Positions 52,743 to 60,602 are shown, numbered from the stretch's first letter. The stretch is 64,000 nt of DNA from an uncultured Eubacteriales bacterium (GCA_900317855.1 ONIG01000006.1:3918-67917); one strand, 5' to 3'. Translations and numbers: made by a program. The notes: a model not told the origin generated them from the letters alone.

Positions 52743-53912
52743 ATGTCCTTTGCTACCGAGTCCGGTCCGGAAAATGTCGTCACCATCAAGGTCGTTGGCG
52801 TCGGCGGGGCCGGCAACAACGTCGTAAACCGCATGGTTAAGTCCGGCACTCAGGGAATTGAGTACGTGGCTGTCAATACAGATAAGCAGGCTCTGGCCGT
52901 CTCCAGCGCGGACCAGAAGATCCAGATCGGCGAGAAGCTGACCCATGGTCAGGGCGCCGGCAGCGATCCCGACGTCGGCAAGCGCAGCGCCGAGGAGAGC
53001 CGCAACAACATCGCCAAGAGCCTGGAGAATGCGGACATGGTCTTCATCACCGCCGGTATGGGCGGCGGCACCGGCACGGGCGCAGCGCCCACGATCGCGG
53101 ACATCGCCCGCGAGGCCGGCATCCTGACCGTCGGCGTCGTCACCAAGCCCTTCAAGTTCGAGGGCAAGCGCCGCATGGATCAGGCTATGGTCGGCATCAA
53201 CGAGCTGCTGGGCAAGGTCGACTCCCTGCTCATCATCCCGAACGACCGGCTGAAGTTCGCCACCGACCAGAAGGTCACGCTGGCCAACGCCTTCGAGATC
53301 GCGGACGATGTCCTGCGTCAGGCCGTCGTGAGCATCTCGGACCTCATTAAGAACACCGGCTTCATCAACCTCGACTTTGCGGACGTCACCTGCGTCATGA
53401 AGGACGCCGGATTCGCGCATATGGGCGTCGGCCGCGCCGCCGGCAAGGGCAAGGCGGAGGACGCTGCCCGCATGGCCGTGGCCAGCCCGCTCATGGAGAC
53501 GTCCATCAACGGCGCGCGCGGCGTGCTCATCAACATCACCGGCTCCGAGGATATGGGTCTGGAGGATGTCGAGACGGCTGCAAACCTCGTGCAGGAGGCT
53601 GCGCATCCGGACGCCAACATCATCTTCGGCGCGAGCTTCGATCCCTCGCTCGACGACGAGATCCGCGTGTCCGTCATCGCCACCGGCTTTGACGAGCCGG
53701 GCAAGGCGCAGGCCGAGCAGGCTGCTGCCGCTCCGGCGCAGGCGCCCGCTGCCGGTCTTTACACGGCTGCTGCCAAGGCTGCCGCTCCGGCTGCCCCGGC
53801 CGCTCCGGCGACGCCGGCCCCGGCCCCGGCCGCTGCTCCGGCTGCGGATACGGCCGCTCCCGCGGAGGAAGACCCGTTTGACAGCATCTTCAAGATCTTC
53901 AATTCCAAGTAA
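52743..53912 (+). CDS. ftsZ: Cell division GTPase FtsZ
   Basis: ATG 52743 after GGGAGGA. IKVVGVGGAGNNVVNRM and the tubulin signature GGGTGTGAAP. Ala/Pro-rich linker and conserved C-terminal peptide DPFDSIFKIFN. Confidence 0.95.
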   Translation: MSFATESGPENVVTIKVVGVGGAGNNVVNRMVKSGTQGIEYVAVNTDKQALAVSSADQKIQIGEKLTHGQGAGSDPDVGKRSAEESRNNIAKSLENADMVFITAGMGGGTGTGAAPTIADIAREAGILTVGVVTKPFKFEGKRRMDQAMVGINELLGKVDSLLIIPNDRLKFATDQKVTLANAFEIADDVLRQAVVSISDLIKNTGFINLDFADVTCVMKDAGFAHMGVGRAAGKGKAEDAARMAVASPLMETSINGARGVLINITGSEDMGLEDVETAANLVQEAAHPDANIIFGASFDPSLDDEIRVSVIATGFDEPGKAQAEQAAAAPAQAPAAGLYTAAAKAAAPAAPAAPATPAPAPAAAPAADTAAPAEEDPFDSIFKIFNSK

Positions 53913-53930
53913 TTCGACACATTTTGACCC

Positions 53931-53964
53931 AAACCGCCTTCGCTCCCGTGAAGGCGGTTTTTGT
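53931..53964 (+). terminator. Intrinsic terminator of ftsZ and the dcw operon
   Basis: 11-bp stem AAACCGCCTTC/GAAGGCGGTTT, 8-nt loop, then TTGT. Confidence 0.75.
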
Positions 53965-53987
53965 ATTCTACCGGAGGAGGCAGCCGC

Positions 53988-54818
53988 TTGAAAAACTGGC
54001 GCATTACCCGCGTTCTGATGTCCATGGCGGACACATTTCTCGCCCGGCGCGTGACGCGCTCGGCGGCCGAGCTCGCCTACTGCATGGTCATGGCGCTGTT
54101 CCCGGCCATCATCTGCATGTACGACCTGCTCGCGCTCATCCTGCGTGACCCGACCGCCGTGCTGCGCATCGTCGAGACGCTTGTGCTCCCGCGCGAGACG
54201 CAGGCGCTCGTGTCGGAGTTTCTGACTTACGTGTCCGGCAACACGAGCGAGGTCATGTTCTTTGCCGCCCTGTTTGTCATGATCACGAGCGCGTCGGCCG
54301 CCTTCCGCGCCATGGCCGCCATCGTTGGCGAGATCCACGGCGGCAAACGCTTCGGCATCGTGCGCAGCACGATCGTGAGCGTGGCTTTTTCCGTGGCGTT
54401 TCTGCTGGTGCTGTACCTGTGCATCCTGCTCATGCTGACCGGCAAGCACTTTCTGCTCTGGCTCGATGCGCTGCTGCCGCATGTGAGCATCGTCTGGTCG
54501 TGGACTTGGCTGCGGTTTTTGATCCTGTTTGCCATCCTGCTGATGATGATCCTGATCCTCTACCGACTCACCACGCCGCGCCGGCCGCAGCACCGGGTGC
54601 TCCCGGGGGCGGTGTTTTCCGCCGTGGCGATCGTGTGCATGAGTATCCTGCTGTCGTGGCTGATCGGCAACAGCACAAAATATTCACTTGTGTATGGATC
54701 TCTCGCCTCGGTCGTGATCCTGCTGTTCTGGTTCCAGGCCTTCGGATTGCTGCTCATTTTGGGCGTGGTGCTTAATCACGCGCTTGAGGTGACGGCGCCG
54801 CCGGATACGGAGACATAA
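53988..54818 (+). CDS. YihY/BrkB-family membrane protein
   Basis: TTG 53988 lies 8 nt after GGAGGAGG. Motif AELAYCMVMALFPAII and six TM helices. Confidence 0.7.
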   Translation: MKNWRITRVLMSMADTFLARRVTRSAAELAYCMVMALFPAIICMYDLLALILRDPTAVLRIVETLVLPRETQALVSEFLTYVSGNTSEVMFFAALFVMITSASAAFRAMAAIVGEIHGGKRFGIVRSTIVSVAFSVAFLLVLYLCILLMLTGKHFLLWLDALLPHVSIVWSWTWLRFLILFAILLMMILILYRLTTPRRPQHRVLPGAVFSAVAIVCMSILLSWLIGNSTKYSLVYGSLASVVILLFWFQAFGLLLILGVVLNHALEVTAPPDTET

Positions 54819-55004
54819 ATTCTGCGGGAAAGGATGCAAATTGTTGTAAATCGCTTTACAAACCGGTTTTTTTCACGTAAACTATTCCGTTAAGAAGATC
54901 GCGCGGCCCGAAAACGGATTTTTTGAGAAGAAAATTTGCGGAAAATTGTTTTTTATGCATTAAATTTCGTTTTCAGGCATTATTCTCATGTGGGGTAATC
55001 AAAT

Positions 55005-55586
55005 ATGCGAAATGACGACAAGCACGTCTCCGGTGTATGTGCGGCCGATGGCCAGCCGCCGGATGATGCGCTCATCCTGCGCATAGCGCGGGGTGACACC
55101 GCCGCGCTGGAAACGCTGTATCGCCAGACGTCCGCTTCCATTTACGGCTTCGCGCTGTCCATCCTTCGGGATCCGACGGCGGCGGAGGATGTGATGCAGG
55201 ACACGTTTGTGAGCGTGATGCAGTCGGCGCCGGGCTATCAGCCGTCGGGCAAACCGATGGCGTGGCTGCTGACGATCGCGCGCAATCTGGCGTTGATGCG
55301 CCTGCGCAAGGCGGAAAACAAAAACCTGTCTTTTGATGAGCTGTTTCATGTGGAAGATACGCATGATGCCTATCAGGTGACAGAGAATCATATGGTGCTT
55401 GAGAAAGTGCTGCATACGCTCACAGACAGCGAGCGGCAGATCGTGATGCTGCATGCGCTGTCCGGGCTCAAGCACAGAGAAGTTGCTGACCTGCTGGGGA
55501 TCCCGCAGGCAACAGCCATTTCTCGCTATAACCGTGCGCTTGGAAAGCTGCGCAATTCGATGGGAGGTGACGATCTTGACCGATAA
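55005..55586 (+). CDS. ECF-type RNA polymerase sigma-70 family factor
   Basis: Region 2 (AAEDVMQDTFVSV...WLLTIARNLA) and region 4 HTH ([28 protein letters not shown]). Confidence 0.85.
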   Translation: MRNDDKHVSGVCAADGQPPDDALILRIARGDTAALETLYRQTSASIYGFALSILRDPTAAEDVMQDTFVSVMQSAPGYQPSGKPMAWLLTIARNLALMRLRKAENKNLSFDELFHVEDTHDAYQVTENHMVLEKVLHTLTDSERQIVMLHALSGLKHREVADLLGIPQATAISRYNRALGKLRNSMGGDDLDR

Positions 55587-56976
55587 GGAATTGCTGGAAC
55601 AGCTGCGGACCGAGGTCGTTGCCGAGACGCCGGATTGCTGGAGCGCCATCTTGGCGCGTGTGCAGGCCCCGGCGCAGCAGCCGGAGGAGGAGAAGGTCGT
55701 CCCGATGCCGGAGCGCGGACGTCGCCGCGGCGCGTGGAAGCGCTGGGTCGCAGCGGCGGCGGTGTTCTTCCTGGCCGTGCTCGGTGGCGGACTGTATGCC
55801 ACGCAGGTGCCCGGAGGCGTCGCTACGCTCGATGCCAACCCCAGCATCGAGCTGACGGTCAACAAGCTCGGCCGCGTCCTGTCTGCACGCGCGTGCAACC
55901 CGGACGCCCAGTTTGTGCTCGACGATCTGGAGCTGCGCAATCAGTCCCTGCAGACGGCGGCGGACGAAATCGTCGCCGCAATGCAGACAGATGGCTATCT
56001 ATCGGCAGATACGAACTCCGTCCTCGTGACGGTCGAGGCCGGCAAGGGCGATGCGCGTCTGCGCGACCGGCTGGCTGCGGCCGTGGAAAGCGCCCAGACG
56101 GATTGCGGCATGGACCCTGCGGTCCTTGCTCAGGTGCTGGAGGTGGATCCGGAGCTGGAGGCTTATGCCTCTGCCGCGGGTGTCAGCGCCGGCAAGGCGA
56201 TGCTGATCCGGCAGATCAGCGACCAGGTGCAGGACCTTTCCGGCGAGGAGCTGGTCAGCCTGCCGATCAACGATCTGAACATTCTGGCGGCCTCCAATGA
56301 CGTGGCGTTTGCCGGCATGGAGTCGATCGGTGCTGCCAGCACCGGCGCCTACATTCCATATAACGAGGCGCTGCAGGCAGCGCTCGAGCGCTGCGGTCTG
56401 ACTGCGGACGATGTCACGCAGGCCAGCATGCGCTTCACGCTCATCGACGGGGAAATGGTCATGGAGTTCGCACTCACGGACGGCGAGCGGCACTATGTGT
56501 GCAGCGTCGATGCCGAGACGGCGGAGGTCTGCCGCCTGACGGGCGACGAGCCGAAGCAGCCGGAGGAAACGGAGATCATTCCGGTGCCGCCGACGGTTCA
56601 GCCAAATCCGAACCTGCCTGTGACACCCATACCGACACCGACGTCGACTCCGACGCCCACACCGACGCCGACGCCTACTCCGACGCCGACGCCTACTCCG
56701 ACGCCGACGCCTACTCCGACGCCGACGCCTACCCCGACGCCGACCCCGCCCGCGGGCCCGGTCACACAGGAGCAGGCGCTGAAGATCGCCATTGCGGCGG
56801 CCGGCATCGCGGAGCGCGACCTTGCCGCATGGGATGTCCAACTCGACGAGAGCGGTGCACAGCCGGTTTACCGCGTGACGCTCACGACGATGTACTACTT
56901 CCACCCGCATTACGTCGTGATCGTCGATCAGCAGACCGGCGCGGTCCTCTCGGTGGACAAAACGCCGACCTTATGA
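55576..56976 (+). CDS. Putative anti-sigma factor: N-terminal cytoplasmic segment, one TM helix, and an extracytoplasmic region with two PepSY-like domains split by a (Pro-Thr)n linker
   Basis: TTG 55576 lies after GGGAGGTGA and overlaps the sigma-gene stop. TM helix WVAAAAVFFLAVLGGGLYA. C-terminal PepSY-like segment QALKIAIAAAGI...DESGAQPVYRVTL...VIVDQQTGAVLSVDK. Confidence 0.6.
   Translation: MTDKELLEQLRTEVVAETPDCWSAILARVQAPAQQPEEEKVVPMPERGRRRGAWKRWVAAAAVFFLAVLGGGLYATQVPGGVATLDANPSIELTVNKLGRVLSARACNPDAQFVLDDLELRNQSLQTAADEIVAAMQTDGYLSADTNSVLVTVEAGKGDARLRDRLAAAVESAQTDCGMDPAVLAQVLEVDPELEAYASAAGVSAGKAMLIRQISDQVQDLSGEELVSLPINDLNILAASNDVAFAGMESIGAASTGAYIPYNEALQAALERCGLTADDVTQASMRFTLIDGEMVMEFALTDGERHYVCSVDAETAEVCRLTGDEPKQPEETEIIPVPPTVQPNPNLPVTPIPTPTSTPTPTPTPTPTPTPTPTPTPTPTPTPTPTPTPTPPAGPVTQEQALKIAIAAAGIAERDLAAWDVQLDESGAQPVYRVTLTTMYYFHPHYVVIVDQQTGAVLSVDKTPTL
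56626..56750 (+). repeat. In-frame tandem repeat encoding (Pro-Thr)n
   Basis: 6-nt periodicity throughout. The core has 3 perfect copies and 1 near-perfect copy of the 18-nt unit CCGACGCCGACGCCTACT (56662-56733). Confidence 0.85.
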
Positions 56977-56984
56977 TCATGCAA

Positions 56985-57011
56985 AAAGGACGCCCGATCG
57001 GGCGTCCTTTT
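56985..57011 (+). terminator. Intrinsic terminator of the sigma/anti-sigma operon
   Basis: Palindrome AAAGGACGCCCG-AT-CGGGCGTCCTTT followed by TG. Confidence 0.7.
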
Positions 57012-57020
57012 GCAACAGAA

Positions 57021-57063
57021 AGCAGAAAAAGCGCATCCCTCCGCCTGCCCGGCGGAGGGATGC
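57021..57063 (-). terminator. Intrinsic terminator of the csoR-like gene
   Basis: 13-bp stem GCATCCCTCCGCC/GGCGGAGGGATGC. The minus RNA is followed by GCUUUUUCUGCU. Confidence 0.7.
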
Positions 57064-57074
57064 GTTGCTTTCCG

Positions 57075-57443
57075 TCAATTCATGAATTTTTCGATCGCCT
57101 GATTCAGCTCGTCGATGGCCTGCTGGTCGCCGGTCTCCACGGCGTCGGCCAGACAGTGGTCGATGTGGTCCTTCAGGATGATCTTTGCGGTGTTGTTGAG
57201 CGCCGAGCGCACGGCCGCAAGCTGGATGAGCACCTCGGCGCAGTCGCGCCCGTCCTCTACCATGCGCTTGACCGACTCCAGGTGGCCGATCGCGCGGGCC
57301 AGTCGGTTGACGACCGCCTTGGTCTGCGTGTGGGTGTGCGGGTGCGCGTGGGTGTGGCCCTCGCCGCCGTGGCAGTGGGTGATGACGTTGCCGTTCTCGT
57401 CCACGTGCGTGTGCACCAGCGTGTTGGGATCCTGTTCCGCCAT
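57075..57443 (-). CDS. CsoR/RcnR/FrmR-family metal-sensing repressor with a His-rich N-terminal extension
   Basis: ATG 57443 lies 8 nt after AGGAG. N-terminal HTHVDENGNVITHCHGGEGHTHAHPHTHT. Core VVNRLARAIGHLESVKRMVE...C..VL.Q..AV..AL...A..IL..H..HC. Confidence 0.85.
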   Translation of the reverse strand: MAEQDPNTLVHTHVDENGNVITHCHGGEGHTHAHPHTHTQTKAVVNRLARAIGHLESVKRMVEDGRDCAEVLIQLAAVRSALNNTAKIILKDHIDHCLADAVETGDQQAIDELNQAIEKFMN

Positions 57444-57470
57444 GGTATCATCTCCTGTCATTTCGCCGCA

Positions 57471-57499
57471 ATTTTACCGTGTTTCGCGCCTTTTGTCAA
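57471..57499 (-). promoter_or_regulatory. Sigma-A-type promoter of the csoR-like gene, bracketed by an 8-bp inverted repeat
   Basis: On the minus strand: TTGACA, 17 nt, TAAAAT. The inverted repeat CCGTGTTT (57477-57484) / AAACACGG (57503-57510) flanks the spacer and the -35. Confidence 0.5.
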
Positions 57500-57520
57500 T
57501 GCAAACACGGCTGTGGACGG

Positions 57521-58213
57521 TCAGTAACCGTCGGCCTGCAGCGCGGCGCGCAGCTTTTCAATGGCTTTTTTCTCGATGCGCGAGACGTACGACCGGCTGA
57601 TGCCGCAGCGCTGCGCGGTCTCGCGCTGCGTCAGCGCCTCGCCGCCGCCGATGGCGTAGCGCAGGCGGATGATCTCCGCCTCGCGCGCGTCGAGCGCTTC
57701 GTCGATGCAGCGCCGCAGCGCCCGGCTGACCTCGTCCGCATGGAGATGTTCATCCATGTCGTCGTCCTCGGACAGAATGTCGATCAGCGACAGGCTGTTG
57801 CCATCGCCGTCCGTGTCGAGCACGTCCGAGAGCAGCATTTCCGATGCGTTCTTGCGCGTGCTGCGAAAATACATCAGGATCTCGTTTTCGGCGCATTTGC
57901 TGGCATACGTCGCCAGCCGCACGCCCTTGTCGGGCCGGTAGGTGTTGATGCCCTTGATGAGCCCAATCGTGCCGATCGAGATCAGATCGTCCGTGTCGTC
58001 ATAGTGCGTGTAGTATTTTTTGATGATGTGCGCCACCAGCCGCAGGTTGCGTTCAATGAGCACGTTGCGCGCCTCCAGGTCGCCCTGCAGCCAGGCGTCG
58101 AGATATTTGCGCTCCTCGGCCTCGCTCAGCGGGCGCGGGAAGGAGCCGCCAGGGGTCAGGCGCAGCATCAGAAATGCACTGCTCATCATCAGCATCAGGG
58201 TACTGTACAGCAT
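57521..58213 (-). CDS. sigK: Sporulation sigma factor, pro-sigma-K; uninterrupted, with no skin-like insertion
   Basis: Start MLYSTLMLMM at 58213 after GGAGGG. The hydrophobic pro-sequence ends FPRPLSEAEERKYL (B. subtilis FPQPLSSSEEKKYL as I recall it). Contains [28 protein letters not shown] and GISRSYVSRIEKKA. Confidence 0.9.
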   Translation of the reverse strand: MLYSTLMLMMSSAFLMLRLTPGGSFPRPLSEAEERKYLDAWLQGDLEARNVLIERNLRLVAHIIKKYYTHYDDTDDLISIGTIGLIKGINTYRPDKGVRLATYASKCAENEILMYFRSTRKNASEMLLSDVLDTDGDGNSLSLIDILSEDDDMDEHLHADEVSRALRRCIDEALDAREAEIIRLRYAIGGGEALTQRETAQRCGISRSYVSRIEKKAIEKLRAALQADGY

Positions 58214-58370
58214 TTTCAGCCCTCCGTTTCTGCCTGAGGTTATTCTATTCGGCGGCTGCAAGTACACTTGCCTGCCACACAATTTTCCGGATGTGCGCAA
58301 ATGTTACGCAACGTTGTGTTGACTATTGAATAAAAAATGACGGCCAGACCGAGAAAATTACACGTTATAC

Positions 58371-58399
58371 TTGACAAAATCACCAAAAAGCGTTAATCT
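58371..58399 (+). promoter_or_regulatory. Candidate promoter of the small ORF
   Basis: TTGACA, 17 nt, TAATCT. The leader contains the hairpin GGCCATT/AATGGCC. Confidence 0.4.
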
Positions 58400-58465
58400 T
58401 TGAACAGAAGGCCATTCCAGATTGAAAAATGGCCGGTGTGCTCAAAATTGAAAGGAGAACATATC

Positions 58466-58675
58466 ATGGATTACAAAACTCTGAGTGTTAAGACGTTTAT
58501 CGAGGACATGAACGGCAAGGAGATCATGATGAAGACGGTTCCGTCTCTGACCAAGTATCCCCTGAAGCTCTTCTACAAGAAGACCGTCGGCGACATCGTC
58601 GATCTCGTTCGCAGCAAGAAGCTTGTTCCGGAAGATGCCATCCAGGCTTTCATCAAGGACGTCGAGGCGCTCTAA
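58466..58675 (+). CDS. Small hypothetical protein (69 aa)
   Basis: ATG 58466 after AAAGGAGAA. It has its own promoter-like element and a strong terminator. Lys/Asp/Glu-rich and soluble. No family recognised. Confidence 0.6.
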   Translation: MDYKTLSVKTFIEDMNGKEIMMKTVPSLTKYPLKLFYKKTVGDIVDLVRSKKLVPEDAIQAFIKDVEAL

Positions 58676-58693
58676 GTTATCTCATATGCAACA

Positions 58694-58727
58694 GATCCCC
58701 TGCCGGGCGGCAGGGGATCGTTTTTTG
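58694..58727 (+). terminator. Strong intrinsic terminator
   Basis: Stem GATCCCCTGCC/GGCAGGGGATC, loop GGGC, then GTTTTTTG. Confidence 0.8.
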
Positions 58728-58846
58728 CCCATTTTAGTTTACATAACTTTTGGCTTGCACAAAAAACGAAAAAGCGGATTGACAATTTGTTTGACTTGTG
58801 ATACAAAGTAAGAAAAGTAATACGGTTCTTACAGGAGGCGGATCGC

Positions 58847-59140
58847 ATGGAGACCATGCAGGACAAATTCATGACCACGGTGCGCATCGGCCCGAAGGGG
58901 CAGATCGTGATCCCGAAGGAGGTGCGCGCAATGTTCGGTCTCGAGCCGGGGGATTCGCTCATCCTGCTGGCCGACCGTGAGCGCGGCATCGCGCTGCAGA
59001 GCAGCAGCTATTATGATTCGTTCGTGCGCGCGGTATTCGATCAGGGTGCGAAAGCGGCGGCGCCCGGCGTGCCCGAGGCGGAGACGCAGGTGTTTGCCTC
59101 CGCGCTGGAGCAGGAGCTGAAAAGGAGGGACGGCGAGTGA
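58847..59140 (+). CDS. AbrB/MazE/SpoVT-family DNA-binding protein
   Basis: SpoVT-AbrB fold signature TVRIGPKGQIVIPKEVRAMFGLEPGDSLILL. CAGGAGG RBS. Confidence 0.8.
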   Translation: METMQDKFMTTVRIGPKGQIVIPKEVRAMFGLEPGDSLILLADRERGIALQSSSYYDSFVRAVFDQGAKAAAPGVPEAETQVFASALEQELKRRDGE

Positions 59141-59886
59141 ACATTCTGGAAGTGGAGGGCCTGTGCAAGACCTATCCGGCGTTTCAGCTGCGCGGCGTGT
59201 CGTTTGCGGTGGCGCCGGGGACCATCATGGGCTTCATCGGCCGCAACGGCGCCGGCAAGAGCACGACCATCAAGTCCATGCTCAACCTCGTGCATCCGGA
59301 CAGCGGCCGCGTGACCATGTTCGGCCAGGATTTTTACGCCAATGAGCCTGCCTGCAAGCAGCAGCTCGGCGTGGTGCTCGGCGGCGTAGATTTTTACCCG
59401 AATAAAAAGCTGCGCACCATCACGAACGTGACGCGGACGTTTTACGACCACTGGGACGAGAACAAATACCGGCACTACCTGCAGCTGTTCGCACTCGACG
59501 AGACGAAGAAGGTTTCGCAGCTCTCGTCCGGCATGCGCGTGAAGTACATGCTCGCGCTTGCGCTCTCGCACGATGCGCGCCTGCTCATCCTCGACGAGCC
59601 GACGAGCGGGCTCGACCCCGTGTCGCGCGATGAGCTCATGGAGCTGTTTTGCGGTGTGGTCAAAAGCGGCGAGCGCAGCATCTTGTTTTCGACGCATATC
59701 ACGTCCGACCTCGAAAAGTGCGCCTCGCACATCACGATGATCAAGGACGGGCAGATCCTGTGCAGCGACACGCGCGACGGTTTCCTAGCGCGCTATCGCG
59801 CGCAGTTCGGCGACGGGCAGATGTCGCTCGAGGACATTCTTGTGCGCGTGGAAAGGAGAAGCTATGACAGCGAAGATTTTCTCTAA
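59137..59886 (+). CDS. ABC transporter ATP-binding protein
   Basis: GTG start after AAAGGAGGG, overlapping the abrB-like stop (GTGA). Motifs GRNGAGKST, LSSGMRVK and LILDEPTSGLD. Confidence 0.9.
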   Translation: MNILEVEGLCKTYPAFQLRGVSFAVAPGTIMGFIGRNGAGKSTTIKSMLNLVHPDSGRVTMFGQDFYANEPACKQQLGVVLGGVDFYPNKKLRTITNVTRTFYDHWDENKYRHYLQLFALDETKKVSQLSSGMRVKYMLALALSHDARLLILDEPTSGLDPVSRDELMELFCGVVKSGERSILFSTHITSDLEKCASHITMIKDGQILCSDTRDGFLARYRAQFGDGQMSLEDILVRVERRSYDSEDFL

Positions 59887-60514
59887 GGATCTGCGCCTCG
59901 CGGCGCACCCGATGATGTACGTGTTCGCGCTCTTCGGCGTCATGCTCATCATCCCGAACTATCCGTACACAGTCGTGTTTTTCTACGGCCTGCTCGGCAT
60001 TTTCTTCACGTTCCTCAACGGCCGCGAGAATAAGGATGTCTATTACTGCGCCGTGCTTCCGGTCACGAAGCGCGACCAGGTGCGCGCCCGCGCCTGGCTC
60101 GTCGTGGCGGTGGAGCTGGCGGAGCTCGTGATCGCGGTCCCGTTCGCGTTCCTCTCCGCGCGCATTAACCCCAACGGCACGAACCTCGCCGGCATCGATG
60201 CAAACGTGGCACTCTTCGGCTCCGTGCTGCTGATCTACGGCGTGTTCAACGTTGTGTTCCTGCCCGTGTTTTATAAGACGGCCATCCGCGCCGGGCGGGC
60301 GTTTCTGCTCGCGGTCATTCCGATGACGGTGCTCATGGTACTCGTCGAGGCACTGTCCCATTTCCCGGTCGTCGGGCCGTATCTCGATGCGACCGACGCG
60401 GCCGGTCAGGTGCGGCAGCTGCCGGTGCTGGCCGTGGGGCTGGCGGCGTTTGCGCTGCTGTCGTGGCTGGCGTACCGGAAGGCAGCCAAAAACTACGAGC
60501 GGGTCGATCTGTGA
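59864..60514 (+). CDS. ABC-2-type transporter permease
   Basis: ATG 59864 after GAAAGGAGAA, overlapping the ATPase gene. Six TM helices. Confidence 0.7.
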   Translation: MTAKIFSKDLRLAAHPMMYVFALFGVMLIIPNYPYTVVFFYGLLGIFFTFLNGRENKDVYYCAVLPVTKRDQVRARAWLVVAVELAELVIAVPFAFLSARINPNGTNLAGIDANVALFGSVLLIYGVFNVVFLPVFYKTAIRAGRAFLLAVIPMTVLMVLVEALSHFPVVGPYLDATDAAGQVRQLPVLAVGLAAFALLSWLAYRKAAKNYERVDL

Positions 60515-60551
60515 CGGGGACTTGCCGCGACACGAAAAATGTGTTATCCTG

Positions 60552-60585
60552 AAAAGCAGCTCACACGAGCTGCTTTTCATTTTTT
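60552..60585 (+). terminator. Intrinsic terminator
   Basis: 11-bp stem AAAAGCAGCTC/GAGCTGCTTTT, loop ACAC, then CATTTTTTG. Confidence 0.8.
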
Positions 60586-60602
60586 GTCCGGGAGGGATCT
60601 GC

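Noticed and set aside
52437-54593. A 718-aa minus-strand ORF antisense to ftsZ and the YihY-like gene.
   Set aside because: It is a shadow ORF with an Arg/Gly/His-rich low-complexity translation. ftsZ on the plus strand is unambiguous.
54844-54861. The AT-rich inverted repeat TTGTAAA-TCGC-TTTACAA followed by ACCGGTTTTTTT, downstream of the YihY-like gene.
   Set aside because: With a 7-bp all-A/T-dominated stem it is too weak to call as a terminator or operator. I kept it only as a note.
56626-56750. A regular short tandem repeat that at first glance could suggest a CRISPR-like or minisatellite array.
   Set aside because: The units are contiguous with no spacers. They are in frame and encode a Pro-Thr linker inside a long ORF. 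No cas genes are nearby.
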